Shown here piece after piece: positions 24,385-37,867 of a DNA stretch of 64,000 bases. The first letter of the stretch is position 1, and each line of letters begins with the position of its first letter. Position numbers and translations under genes: made by a program. The DNA lies in NCBI GenBank assembly GCA_950097015.1, contig CATNEN010000011.1:5704001-5768000 (forward strand), read 5' to 3'. Origin of the DNA: Macrostomum hystrix (Eukaryota > Animalia > Platyhelminthes). A model generated the notes under the pieces. It saw nothing but the letters and a program-made list of their open reading frames with translations, searched no databases and had not been told where the DNA came from.

Positions 24385-26862
24385 ATGCGTTGGTTTCAAT
24401 CCGCCCTGCGATCCGCACCGGCCGCCGTCGCCGCCGCCGCCGCCGCAGCCGTCAGCCTCGCGTCGCCTCCGACGAATGGGTGCGGCAACGGCTTCGAAAA
24501 ATGGACACCGCAAACATCGTCGGCGGAGGCCTCCCTGAGGCGCCGTTGCCTGTCGTCTCTGGCAATCCGCCGCGATGAGGCCGGAGCTCCAGGCCTGTCA
24601 GTCTGCGTGTCGCTTCGAGGACGCCGGCTGCTTAGCGGCGGCGTCGGCTTCGCTGACGTCGAGAACCTGACGCCCTGCACCGAGCGCAGCCTGCTGCGGG
24701 TCGCCAGCATCAGCAAGTGCTTCGCCGCAGTACTGGCAGCTCAGCTGATGGAAGCGGGCAGATTGGACTTTGACAAGCCGATCGGAGAATACCTCACAGA
24801 GCCTGAAATGAAGGTAGGTGAAGTGACTGTTGGATGGCCGGGTGGGTTATGGTTGAAACGGATTACTCGTCAGCCAATCAGGTCCGACTGAAGCAAAGGC
24901 ACTTAGCTAGTCAACCAATTACAATTTTTGGGGTAGAGAACAGGAGCGTGAGGTGTTTTGTGGCTTACTTAGCTCGTCAGCCAATGAGAATGAATTTTGA
25001 GGTAGAGAACAGAAGCGTGAGGTGGTTGTGTAGCTTCCTTAGTTTGTCAGCCAATGAGAGTGAATTGTAGAGTAGAGAACAGAAGCGTGAGGTGGTTGTG
25101 TAGCTTCCTTAGCTCGTCAGCCAATGAGAATGAATTTTGAGTTAGAAAACAGAAGCGTGAGGTGGTTGTGTAGCTTCCTTAGTTCGTCAGCCAATGAGAG
25201 TGGATTGTGGAGTAGAGAACAGAAGCGTGAGGTGGTTGTGTGGCTTCTTTAGCTCGTCAGACAATGCGAGTGAATTTTCGGATTGAGAGCAGAGGCGTGA
25301 GGTTGTTGTGAATTTTGCTTTACTTGTTTAACATAATTACCATGTTGCAATAATGAAGTACAGCGCGAGTGTCTCGAGTGCTTTGATTTTGAGTTTCTTT
25401 CACAATTGTGGCAGCCATTCGCTAGCATGACCATCCGTCAACTGCTGAGCCACACGGCCGGTGTGCGCCACTATCTCAATCCGAAGGGAAGCAGCGAGAT
25501 GGATGACGCCGAGTATTACCTGACTAAATACTACGCCACAGCCGCTGAGGCTGTCCGGGACCTGCTGTGCGGCGACCCGAGATCCATCGCCTTTGAGCCA
25601 CCGGGCAGTAACTTCTTGTACAGCACCCACGGCTACACTCTGCTCAGTGCCGTGCTGGAGAAGGTCAGCGACGGTCAGCCAATCGCCAAGCAGTTCAACA
25701 AGCTGTTCTTCCAGTTAGGCATATCCTCGGGCACAGTGCTGGAGCAGCACGCCGCAGTCTTGGGCCAGAGAGGCCGGCATTATCGGCGGGACAAGAACGG
25801 CGTCCTGGAGAATGCTGCCTACATCGATAACAGCTACAAGATTGCCGGCGGCGGCGTGCTGTCCTGCGCAGAGGATCTGGTGACTTTCGGGGAGACTCTG
25901 CTGCGCTGCGCCGACGGCCAGGACTGCAACGGTGTGTTTGGTTGCATGAAATCTGACTTATTCTCGAGATTGATCGATTATAAGTGGAGTGAGGTGGATG
26001 CGCGACCCTAGACAAGTTAGATTCCATTGATTGATTATAAGTGGAGTGAGGTGGATGCGCGACCCTAGACAAGTTAGATTCCATTGATTGAATATAAGTG
26101 GAGTGAGGTGGATGCGCGACCCTAGACAAGTTAGATTCCATTGATTGAATATAAGTGGAGTGAGGTGGATGCGCGACCCTAGACAAGTTAGATTCCATTG
26201 ATTGATTATAAGTGGAGTGAGGTGGATGCGCGACCCTAGACAAGTTAGATTCCATTGATTGATTATAAGTCGAGTGAGGTGGATGCGCGACCCTAGACAA
26301 GTTAGATTCCATCGATCGAATATAAGTGGAGTGAGGTGGGTGCACGACCCTAGTAAATTTTATTTTATTGATCGATTATAAGTGGAGTGAGGTCGATGCA
26401 TGACCATCGAAAATTTGATTCCATGGATTGTAAAAGTAGTGAATTACGTGCTTTGTCGAAAAATATTTGTCGATAAAAAAATAATAACCCTATATTTCCA
26501 ACTCGTGACTCTGGTTAGGTGTGCTGAAGCCTGACACCCTACGCATGCTTTGGAGCCCGGTGCCAGGCACAAAAGTGACGTGGAATCGGTTGTACACCAG
26601 TCCCTACTGTTTAGGATTTAGCGCCGGCAGTCACAGAGGCGAACAGATTGTAGCTCACACAGGAGCCAGCGTGGGCGGTACCAGCGTGCTTTTGATGGCC
26701 CCAAGAATCGGTGCAGTAATCGCCATCATCTGCAATCTGCAGAGCGTGTCCCTCATGGGTCTGGCGCTGTCCATGCTGGATGCAGTCCTTGACTACGTGG
26801 ACGAGACAAACGGTGCAGAACTGCCAGCTGAACTCACCTCTGCCTGCTGCTGCCGTTCCTGA
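24385..26862 (+). CDS. LACTB: Serine beta-lactamase-like protein LACTB (mitochondrial), ~429 aa
   Basis: Exons 24385-24813, 25415-25931, 26519-26862 (phases 0 and 1 consistent). SxxK motif RVASISK, LLSHTAGVRHY, FLYSTHGYTLL (Y-S-T), YKIAGGG and HTG triad; Arg/Ala-rich N-terminus resembles a mitochondrial presequence. Confidence 0.93.
24865..25310. repeat. Intronic ~70-bp tandem array carrying CCAAT boxes (GTCAGCCAATGAG)
   Basis: About 6 units in LACTB intron 1. Confidence 0.85.
25975..26410. repeat. Intronic minisatellite, 57-bp unit, ~7 copies
   Basis: TATAAGTGGAGTGAGGTGGATGCGCGACCCTAGACAAGTTAGATTCCATTG repeated in LACTB intron 2. Confidence 0.9.
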
Positions 26863-27139
26863 ACGCTGTTGCTTATTTTCTTGTACTTCTATCTTCTTTT
26901 TGCAATCGAAAGTTGCGCTCTCGTCCAATCATAATAAAGATTGGTAACGGAGTGAGATTGTTGCAATCCGATTAACCAATCAGAGCTTTCCTTACTATTG
27001 AAGGATTGTGATATTTAGTAATGAAAATCATTTTTTTTAACTTCGTTTCATATATATTTGCTTAATTTTCGTAAAATACTACTGACTTTGAACATTAGTA
27101 GTGTAAATAAAGCTTGGGTGATTCAAAAAATGTGTTGTT

Positions 27140-27355
27140 TATTTGCTCGTTTCTTTGCTGTAAAATTCAAAGAAATGAAACTAACGTCTCGTTTCTTTGC
27201 TCAAAAACTAACGGCCTAAAACTATTGTCTAGTTTCTTTGCTTTAAAACGAATGAACTGAAACTATTGACTCGTTTCTTTGCTCTAAAAATAACGAGCTA
27301 AAACTAACGTCTCGTTTCTTTGCTCTAAAAATAACGAATTGAAACTAACGTCTCA
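27140..27355. repeat. Diverged ~40-bp tandem array (CTCGTTTCTTTGCTCTAAAAATAACG..)
   Basis: 5-6 imperfect copies downstream of LACTB. Confidence 0.7.
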
Positions 27356-27694
27356 AATTTAGCATACAATTGTTTAGTTTTCGGCATTCCAAAGCATATA
27401 AGCTTGTTAAGGCTAGTTTTATAAGATTTTAATAGCAATTACAGCTAGGCCACTTTCGAGTGCACAGTAAGTTCCATCGGAAAATTTCTGTCATCCTTTG
27501 AACTGTATTTCAATCCTGTTTCTTATAAGGCTCAGTTGGTTTAATGCCGTACTGGAAATTTTCTAGACATTTGAGTACACATAGCAGCCTTTACTATCGT
27601 GGCCAGTTGTTCGCTACTGTCATTTCCTGGACTGTTTTTTTTCCAAGCAGATGGGTTTTCCAAGTGATTCCTTAACGGCTGCTTATTTACGTCG

Positions 27695-29310
27695 AGATTT
27701 ACTCACTTCTATCTGCTATCTACTCTCTTCTATCTGTTATCTACTCTCTTCTATCTGCTATCTACTCTCTTCTATCTGCTATCTACTCTCTTCTATCTGT
27801 TATCTACTCTCTTCTATCTGCTATCTACTCTCTTCTATCTGCAATCTACTCACTTCTATCTGCTATCTACTCTCTTCTATCTGTTATCTACTCTTCTGTC
27901 TGCTATCTACTCTCTTCTATCTGCTATCTACTCTCTTTTATCTGCAATCTACTCACTTCTATCTGTTATCTACTCTCTTCTATCTGCAATCTACTCACTT
28001 CTATCTGTTATCTACTGTCTTCTATCTGCAATCTACACTATTTTCTTAATTATCTACTCTCTTCTATCTATTTTCTACTCTCTTCTATCATCAATCTACT
28101 ATCTTCTATCTGCTATCTACTCTCTTCTATCTGTTATCTACTCTCTTCTATCTGTTATCTACTCTATTCTATCTGTTATCTACTCTCTTCTATCTGTTAT
28201 CTACTCTCTTCTATCTGCAGTCTACTCTCTTCTATCTGTTATCTACTCTCTTCTATCTGTTATCTACTCTATTCTATATCTGTTATCTACTCTCTTCTAT
28301 CTGCAATCGACTCTCTTCTATCTGCAGTCTACTCTCTTCTATCTGCAGTCTACTCTCTTCTATCTGCAGTCTACTCTCTTCTATCTGTTATCTACTCTCT
28401 TCTATCTGTTATCTACTCTATTCTATATCTGTTATCTACTCTCTTCTATCTGTTATCTACTCTATTCTATCTGTTATCTACTCTCTTCTATCTGCAGTCT
28501 ACTCTCTTCTATCTTTTATCTACTCTCTTCTATCTGTTATCTACTCTATTCTATCTGTTATCTACTCTCTTCTATCTGTTATCTACTCTCTTCTATCTGC
28601 AGTCTACTCTCTTCTATCTGTTATCTACTCTCTTCTATCTGTTATCTACTCTATTCTATATCTGTTATCTACTCTCTTCTATCTGCAATCGACTCTCTTC
28701 TATCTGCAGTCTACTCTCTTCTATCTGCAGTCTACTCTCTTCTATCTGCAGTCTACTCTCTTCTATCTGCAATCGACTCTCTTCTATCTGCAGTCTACTC
28801 TCTTCTATCTGCAGTCTACTCTCTTCTATCTGCAGTCTACTCTCTTCTATCTGTTATCTACTCTCTTCTATCTGTTATCTACTCTATTCTATATCTGTTA
28901 TCTACTCTCTTCTATCTGTTATCTACTCTATTCTATCTGTTATCTACTCTCTTCTATCTGCAGTCTACTCTCTTCTATCTTTTATCTACTCTCTTCTATC
29001 TGTTATCTACTCTATTCTATCTGTTATCTACTCTCTTCTATCTGTTATCTACTCTCTTCTATCTGCAGTCTACTCTCTTCTATCTGTTATCTACTCTCTT
29101 CTATCTGTTATCTACTCTATTCTATATCTGTTATCTACTCTCTTCTATCTGCAATCGACTCTCTTCTATCTGCAGTCTACTCTCTTCTATCTGCAGTCTA
29201 CTCTCTTCTATCTGCAGTCTACTCTCTTCTATCTGCAATCGACTCTCTTCTATCTGCAGTCTACTCTCTTCTATCTGCAGTCTACTCTCTTCTATCTGCA
29301 GTCTACTCTC
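27695..29310. repeat. Satellite, 21-bp unit ATCTACTCTCTTCTATCTGTT
   Basis: Tandem repetition with higher-order variant blocks. Confidence 0.95.
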
Positions 29311-29819
29311 CGCTCAAATATCCCAGTCTACTGCTTAGTATAGCATTGTGTTGTAACATGTGCTAAAGCTAGCCAAAGTGCAGTCAGTCTGTTGCTATGC
29401 CAACCGCAGGACTCAGCTGCGCCCAGCCAGTTTATTTTGCATATTCTTATAGCTATCTAATACTCGAGCCGCTCGTGGGTTCTCACTAGACTTACTCATT
29501 CTGTGTCATCTCTCTTGGCCACTCAAGGCGGACAGCTGTTCGTTGCCTGCACACCCCTGACTGTGCCTCACTCCAATCTCTCATTCCCTCTCTAGTTGGT
29601 TAGTCCTTCTTTGACCCTCAGACATGGAATCAGCGGTGCAGCAGCCAAAATTAGCATTCGCTCATGGCGCCAGGTGCCCTGAGGGCCACTCCAAGATGTG
29701 CTATTGTCGAATGATAAAAAAAAACTTTACCTTTGAGGCTTTCATGTAGTGAGCAACTGGCGTTTTTGAGGCTCTGCATGCTTCTGATCCTTATTAAACT
29801 TTACCTAGTCTTCTTGCCT

Positions 29820-30545
29820 ACCGCTACCTTCTCTCTCTACTCACCTTCTCTCCCTACTCACCCTTCTCTCCCTTCTCACCATTTCTCCATTCTCTCCCTT
29901 CTCACCCGTCTCTCCCTTCTCTTTTCTCACCCTACTCACACTTCTCTTCCTTCTCTCCCTACTCACCCTTCTCTCCCTTCTCTCCATTCTCTCCCTTCTC
30001 TCCTTCTCTCCTTACCCACCCTTCTCTCTCTTCTCTCCCTTCTCTCCCTTCTGTCTTTTCTCTCTCTTCTCTCCCTTCTCTCCCTACTCTCCCGTCTCTC
30101 ACTTCTCTCCCTTCTCTCCCTTCTCTCCCTTCGCTCCCTTCTCCCCCTTCTCTCCCTTCTCTCCCTTCTCTCCCTTCTCTCCCTTCTCTCCCTTCTCTCT
30201 TTTCTGTCCCTACTCACATTCTCTCCCATCTCTCCCTACTCACCCGTCTCTCACTTCTCTCCCTTCTCTCCCTTCTCTCCCTTCTCACTCGTCTCTCTCT
30301 TCTATACCTTCTCTCCCTTCTCTCCCTTCTCTCCCTTCTCCCCCTTCTCTCCCTTCTCTCCCTTCTCTCCCTTCTCTCTTTTCTGTCCCTACTCACATTC
30401 TCTCCCATCTCTCCCTACTCACCCTTCTCTCCCTTCTCTCCCTACTCTCCCTTCTCTCCCTACTCTCCCTTCTCTCTTTTCTGTCCCTACTCACATTCTC
30501 TCCCATCTCTCCCTACTCACCCTAATCTCCCTTCTCACCCTTCTG
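29820..30545. repeat. Polypyrimidine satellite (CTCCCTTCT)n
   Basis: Almost purely C/T on the + strand. Confidence 0.9.
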
Positions 30546-31007
30546 AACCTTCTCTGCGGTCTAAATGTATCCTGTCCGTCTTTTCAACTACTCTAAAAAA
30601 GATTTGTACGCGCTTGAAACGCTTAGAGTTTCTATCACACAATCACACCTCTTTGCTTAAGATAAGAACAGTTTAACTAAGAGCCAGACTAGAGGGATGT
30701 GCTAAAGATAAAATTACGAAAAAACGAATAGATAAAAATAATTACTGTCAGTTGCTTCTACTCTGCGAAAAAAAAGCCTGCATTTAGGGTCACAAGCTGT
30801 TAGTAAAGTACATTTACTTTTGGCTGGTTGCCAAGTTAATCACCCACACAAAATATAACTACTTCCTCAGCCTAAACTGCTGATAAGTGGAACTGAACTC
30901 ACACAATTGTGGGGATATTTTGGGACCAAGCTGTCATAGTCATTAATTAAATGCCCTGTAGGGAAAACATAAATATTTGATATTTGCGAGGTCAAACATT
31001 CCTAACT

Positions 31008-33247
31008 TCGGCTATTGGGATCTGGGTGTGGGAATCCGGCTATTGGGATCTGGGTGTGGGAATCCGGCTATTGGGATCTGGGTGTGGGAATCCGGCTATT
31101 GGGATCTGGGTGTGGGAATCCGGCTATTGGGATCTGGGTGTGGGTGTGGGAATCCGGCTATTGGGATCTGGGTGTGGGTGTGGGAATTTGGCTATTGGGA
31201 TCTGGGTGTGGGAATCCGGCTATTGAGATTTGGGTGTGGGAATTCGGCTATTGGGATCTGGGTGTGGGTGTGGGAATTCGGCTATTGGGATCTGGGTGTG
31301 GGTGTGGGTGTGGGAATCCGGCTATTGGGATCTGGGTGTGGGAATCCGGCTATTGGGATCTGGGTGTGGGAATCCGGCTATCGGGATCTGGGTGTGGGAA
31401 TCCGGCTATTGAGATTTGGGTGTGGGAATTCGGCTATTGGGATCTGGGTGTGGGAATTCGGCTATTGGGATCTGGGTGTGGGTGTGGGAATCCGGCTATT
31501 GGGATCTGGGTGTGGGAATTCGGCTATTGGGATCTGGGTGTGGGTGTGGGAATCCGGCTATTGGGATCTGGGTGTGGGAATTCGGCTATTGAGATTTGGG
31601 TGTGGGAATTCGGCTATTGGGATCTGGGTGTGGGAATTCGGCTATTGGGATCTGGGTGTGGGTGTGGGAATCCGGCTATTGGGATCTGGGTGTGGGAATT
31701 CGGCTATTGGGATCTGGGTGTGGGTGTGGGAATCCGGCTATTGGGATCTGGGTGTGGGAATTCGGCTATTGAGATTTGGGTGTGGGAATTCGGCTATTGG
31801 GATCTGGGTATGGGAATCCGGCTATTGGGATCTGGGTATGGGAATTCGGCTATTGGGATCTGGGTGTGGGTGTGGGAATCCGACTATTGGGATCTGGGTG
31901 TGGGAATTCGGCTATTGAGATTTGGGTGTGGGTGTGGGAATCCGGCTATTGGGATCTGGGTGTGGGAATTCGGCTATTGGGGTCTGGGTGTGGGAATTCG
32001 GCTATTGGGATCTGGGTGTGGGTGTGGGAATCCGGCTATTGGGATCTGGGTGTGGGAATCCGGCTATCGGGATCTGGGTGTGGGAATCCGGCTATTGAGA
32101 TCTGGGTGTGGGAATCCGGCTATTGGGATCTGGGTGTGGGAATCCGGCTATTGGGATCTGGGTGTGGGAATTCGGCTATTGGGATCTGGGTGTGGGTGTG
32201 GGAATCCGGCTATTGGGATCTGGGTGTGGGAATCCAGCTATCGGGATCTGGGTGTGGGAATCCGGCTATTGAGATCTGGGTGTGGGAATCCGGCTATTGA
32301 GATCTGGGTGTGGGAATCCGGCTATTGGGATCTGGGTGTGGGTGTGGGAATCCGGCTATTGAGATCTGGGTGTGGGAATTCGGCTATTGGGATCTGGGTG
32401 TGGGTGTGGGAATTCGGCTATTGGGATCTGGGTGTGGGAATCCGGCTATTGAGATTTGGGTGTGGGAATTCGGCTATTGGGATCTGGGTGTGGGAATTCG
32501 GCTATTGGGATCTGGGTGTGGGTGTGGGAATCCGGCTATTGGGATCTGGGTGTGGGAATTCGGCTATTGGGATCTGGGTGTGGGTGTGGGAATCCGGCTA
32601 TTGGGATCTGGGTGTGGGAATTCGGCTATTGGGATCTGGGTGTGGGTGTGGGAATCCGGCTATTGGGATCTGGGTGTGGGAATTCGGCTATTGGGATCTG
32701 GGTGTGGGTGTGGGAATCCGGCTATTGGGATCTGGGTGTGGGAATTCGGCTATTGAGATTTGGGTGTGGGAATTCGGCTATTGGGATCTGGGTGTGGGAA
32801 TTCGGCTATTGGGATCTGGGTGTGGGAATTCGGCTATTGGGATCTGGGTGTGGGTGTGGGAATCCGGCTATTGGGATCTGGGTGTGGGAATTCGGCTATT
32901 GGGATCTGGGTGTGGGTGTGGGAATCCGGCTATTGGGATTTGGGTGTGGGAATCCGGCTATTGGGATCTGGGTGTGGGAATTCGGCTATTGAGATTTGGG
33001 TGTGGGAATTCGGCTATTGGGATCTGGGTGTGGGAATTCGGCTATTGAGATTTGGGTGTGGGAATTCGGCTATTGGGATCTGGGTGTGGGAATTCGGCTA
33101 TTGAGATTTGGGTGTGGGAATTCGGCTATTGGGATCTGGGTGTGGGAATTCGGCTATTGGGATCTGGGTGTGGGAATTCGGCTATTGGGATCTGGGTGTG
33201 GGAATTCGGCTATTGGGATCTGGGTGTGGGAATTCGGCTATTGGGAT
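31008..33247. repeat. G-rich satellite, 28-bp unit GGGAATCCGGCTATTGGGATCTGGGTGT with +6-bp (GGGTGT) variants
   Basis: Direct tandem repetition. Confidence 0.95.
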
Positions 33248-33444
33248 GAGAAGAGTCAGTCTCGTGTTATTTCACGCACACAGCGAACATTTTTAGAAGT
33301 TTGAGTAGACTAGGCATTTGAGTAGCTGCTCCATGCAAAGCTTTGGTGGGTTAGATGCTTATATATTTGTATAAAAATTGAAGGCGTAAAACTACTGACA
33401 GACAAATCATAATCACAGGTTGCTTAACTCCCCTCTCAGGGGAG

Positions 33445-35015
33445 ATTGGGTGAGAAAAATTAGAAAGAGATGGAGAAAAAAGGTGAGAGAGATGGGGAAG
33501 AAAGGTGAAAGACGTGGGGAAGAAAGATGAGAGAGATGGGGAAGAAAGGTGAGAGACGTGGGGAAGAAAGATGAGAGAGATGGGGAAGAAAGGTGACAGA
33601 GATGGGGAAGAAATGTGAGAGATGGGGCAGAAAGGTGAAAGACGTGGGGAAGAAAGGTGAAAGACGTGGGGAAGAAAGATGAGAGACGTGGGGAAGAAAG
33701 ATAAGAGACGTGGGGAAGAAAGGTGAGAGAGATGGGGAAGAAAGGTGAGAGAGATGGGGAAGAAAGGTGAGAGAGATGGGGAAGAAAGGTGAAAGAGATG
33801 GGGAAGAAAGGTGAGAGAGATGGGGAAGAAAGGTGAGAGAGATGGGGAAGAAAGGTGAGAGAGATGGGGAAGAAAGGTGAGAGAGATGGGGAAGAAAGGT
33901 GAAAGACGTGGGGAAGAAAGGTGAAAGACGTGGGGAAGAAAGGTGAGAGAGATGGGGAAGAAAGGTGAGAGAGATGGGGAAGAAAGGTGAGAGAGATGGG
34001 GAAGAAAGGTGAGAGAGATGGGGAAGAAAGGTGAGAGAGATGGGGAAGAAAGGTGAGAGAGATGGGGAAGAAATGTGAGAGATGGGGCAGAAAGGTGAAA
34101 GACGTGGGGAAGAAAGGTGAAAGACGTGGGGAAGAAAGATGAGAGACGTGGGGAAGAAAGATGAGAGACGTGGGGAAGAAAGATGAGAGAGATGGGGAAG
34201 AAAGGTGAGAGAGATGGGGAAGAAAGGTGAGAGAGATGGGGAAGAAAGGTGAAAGAGATGGGGAAGAAAGGTGAGAGAGATGGGGAAGAAAGGTGAGAGA
34301 GATGGGGAAGAAAGGTGAGAGAGATGGGGAAGAAATGTGAGAGATGGGGCAGAAAGGTGAAAGACGTGGGGAAGAAAGGTGAAAGACGTGGGGAAGAAAG
34401 ATGAGAGACGTGGGGAAGAAAGATGAGAGACGTGGGGAAGAAAGATGAGAGAGATGGGGAAGAAAGGTGAGAGAGATGGGGAAGAAAGGTGAGAGAGATG
34501 GGGAAGAAAGGTGAAAGAGATGGGGAAGAAAGGTGAGAGAGATGGGGAAGAAAGGTGAGAGAGATGGGGAAGAAAGGTGAGAGAGATGGGGAAGAAAGGT
34601 GAGAGAGATGGGGAAGAAAGGTGAGAGAGATGGGGAAGAAAGGTGAGAGAGATGGGGAAGAAAGGTGAGAGAGATGGGGAAGAAAGGTGAAAGACGTGGG
34701 GAAGAAATGTGAGAGAGATGGGGAAGAAAGGTGAGAGAGATGGGGAAGAAAGGTGAGAGAGATGGGGAAGAAAGGTGAGAGAGATGGGGAAGAAAGGTGA
34801 AAGACGTGGGGAAGAAATGTGAGAGAGATGGGGAAGAAAGGTGAGAGAGATGGGGAAGAAAGGTGAAAGACGTGGGGAAGAAATGTGAGAGAGATGGGGA
34901 AGAAAGGTGAGAGAGATGGGGAAGAAAGGTGAGAGAGATGGGGAAGAAAGGTGAGAGAGATGGGGAGGAAATATCTGAGAGATGGGGAGGAAAGAGGACA
35001 GAGATTTCAAATAAA
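33445..35015. repeat. Purine-rich satellite, 22-bp unit GAGAGAGATGGGGAAGAAAGGT
   Basis: Tandem repetition with recurring variant blocks. Confidence 0.95.
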
Positions 35016-35724
35016 GGTGAGAGAGATTGATAAGAAATATAAGCTATTTTAGCGATATTTTTCCAGGAAAATAAATATTTAAAAAATGCTTTCTACAAAA
35101 CAGAAGTGGTGAGACGAGGCAAGGTTAGGTGGTCTCGTGTTTGGAGTAGGATTTTCCAAACAACAACTTTTTAGAAATTCAAACGGAAGTTATAAATTAG
35201 GTTTCCATTTAACAACAACAACTATAGCAAGATCGCTTGCTTATATATACCAGTTGAATAAACAAAATTGTTCTATTAGTTGAAACCATAAATTATTTTT
35301 AAATAGGTCGAATAATCCCACTCATTTCAAGTCCCAGCACGACTCGAGATAAGCCAAAATGGGGCACTTGGGGACAGGGAGTGAGTGTGCCTCTTGCTAG
35401 GGCACGGGGGAAGGTCAACTGAGCAGATCACGCCAGGCTACTCAAACCAGTGCTCACTTTCCAAGCCGCGTCGCTGACCCAAAAAAGTTCATCTGTCTAG
35501 CTTAATCCCTTCCCCAGCCTGTGCTTAATCCTCAGACTCGTCAGCTCTCACCTCGCAGCAAGCAAAGACTAGCGTGACAGCCCTCCTGACAAGCTAGCGA
35601 TTGAAGGTCGTCTGGTATTTCTGCAACCAATTTTGTGCCGATTTGAAGGATCATTTGATCGGTTGATACCGCCAAGAAGACTAGCTAGCCCGGAAAAGAT
35701 AGATAAAATTATATTTTAATATTT

Positions 35725-36620
35725 TCGGCTATTGGGATCTGGGTGCGGGAATTCGGCTATTGGGATCTGGGTGTGGGAATTCGGCTATTGGGATCTGGGT
35801 GTGGGAATTCGGCTATTGGGATCTGGGTGCGGGAATTCGGCTATTGGGATCTGGGTGTGGGAATTCAGCTATTGGGATCTGGGTGTGGGAATTCGGCTAT
35901 TGGGATCTGGGTGTGGGAATTCGGCTATTGGGATCTGGGTGTGGGAATTCGGCTATTGGGATCTGGGTGTGGGAATTCGGCTATTGGGATCTGGGTGTGG
36001 GAATTCGGCTATTGGGATCGGGGTGTGGGAATTCGGCTATTGTGATCTGGGTGCGGGAATTCGGCTATTGTGATCTGGGTGCGGGAATTCGGCTATTGGG
36101 ATCTGGGTGTGGGAATTCGACTATTGGGATCTGGGTGCGGGAATTCGGCTATTGGGATCTGGGTGTTTGAATTCGGCTATTAGGATCTGGGTGTGGGAAT
36201 TCGGCTATTGGGATCTGGGTGTGGGAATTCGGCTATTGGGATCTGGGTGTGGGAATTCGGCTATTGGGATCTGGGTGTGGGAATTCGGCTATTGGGATCT
36301 GGGTGTGGGAATTCGGCTATTGGGATCTGGGTGTGGGAATTCGGCTATTGGGATCTGGGTGTGGGAATTCGGCTATTGGGATCTGGGTGTGGGAATTCGG
36401 CTATTGGGATCTGGGTATGGGAATTCGGCTATTGGGATCTGGGTGTGGGAATTCGGCTATTGGGATCTGGGTGTGGGAATTCGGCTATTGGGATCTGGGT
36501 GTGGGAATTCGGCTATTGGGATCTGGGTGTGGGAATTCGCTATTGAGATTTGGGTATGGGAATCCGGCTATTGGGATCTGGGTGTGCGAATTCGGCTATT
36601 GGGATCTGGGTGTGGGAAGT
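35725..36620. repeat. Second array of the 28-bp G-rich satellite (GGGAATTCGGCTATTGGGATCTGGGTGT)
   Basis: Same unit and orientation as 31008-33247, almost without the 6-bp variants. Confidence 0.95.
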
Positions 36621-37867
36621 GGGATGTTCACGAAAACTGCTTCGGGGAGAATTAAGGCTTGGTGAGTTTTTCGTGCAAAATAACATGTCACGTCAAAGGC
36701 GGAAAACCTCGTGATTTATCCTGTCTTACAATGGCTCAATCAATTGGCCTTCTATCGCTTACCTGTGAGGTACTTTATAATTGCGCAAATATTTTATTTT
36801 AAATTAATCACCCTACAGATAAGATTAAGGACATATTAAACTGCAAAAGCGCACTTGAGAACGATGACGAGCTGTTTTTGGGCGAACAAATTAAAGATGA
36901 TTAATTATTAACGCACACTTTGAAACAAATACAACCACTTAGGTGGAAAGATACAATTAAGGAAGAACATTTAAACAAAAAATCCAGCAAGACAGGCTAA
37001 TATCGATTTGTTAAAGTTACGCATTTTAAACTCGATGATTAGTAAAATTAAAAGCAAAGAATAAGGATTTGACAACCTCTGCTTTCACTCGCTGTATTTT
37101 TTGGACAGAATGAGGACAGAGCCAACGTACTTGGAACTTGGAAAACGACAATTTGAATGATATTTACAGTCGGTACACTCACCTGCTATGCAGTTATTTT
37201 CAAAATAGAACATACACAAATTTTATTGAATAGACAAGGGCAAGAATTGTTTGGGTAAGAGGTAATTAGGAGATTGTTACATATTCTGCTTTGAAAGAAA
37301 CAATTATAACGATTAATGGCACGCAGTTATTAATACATCTCGAGGCACGACATGTAGTAAAACCTAAGCTATAAGACAGGTTTGCAGGTAATGCATGGCA
37401 ATACACGCAGATATATTAAAGCGGCATGTTTTTATCGAATATCTAAAATTCTCGCCAGAAAAAATGCACTGACCATCTCCTAATACAAGAAATTCAACAC
37501 TAAACTCCAATTACAAGCGATATATTGCTTTTAATTCAGAATTGAGACAGGTAGCTAGAGTTCTGGAAAATAAAGTTAATTGGAATAATTTTAGTAAATA
37601 GCAAGTAGCCAAACATATTCGGATTCATCTCGTAGTAAAATAAAATAAAAATAAACTAAAACTGACTGTAATATTGAGGCATAACAATTAATCTTCTGGT
37701 TACCATGGAAACCCGCCTGAAAGAGCTAGTGCAGTGCAATTTAAACTGGCGCCAAAACTAACCAAAATTTTTATATGTCCGAAGTACGAACTTTTACGTA
37801 AGTTTTGGCGCCAATTTGAATTCTAAAACAGGACAATAAAAAAGAGCAAATCTTGGCTGACAGAAAA

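Noticed and set aside
24385-26862. Horizontally acquired bacterial beta-lactamase
   Set aside because: Has spliceosomal introns, a presequence-like N-terminus and LACTB-specific SISK/YST/HTG motifs.
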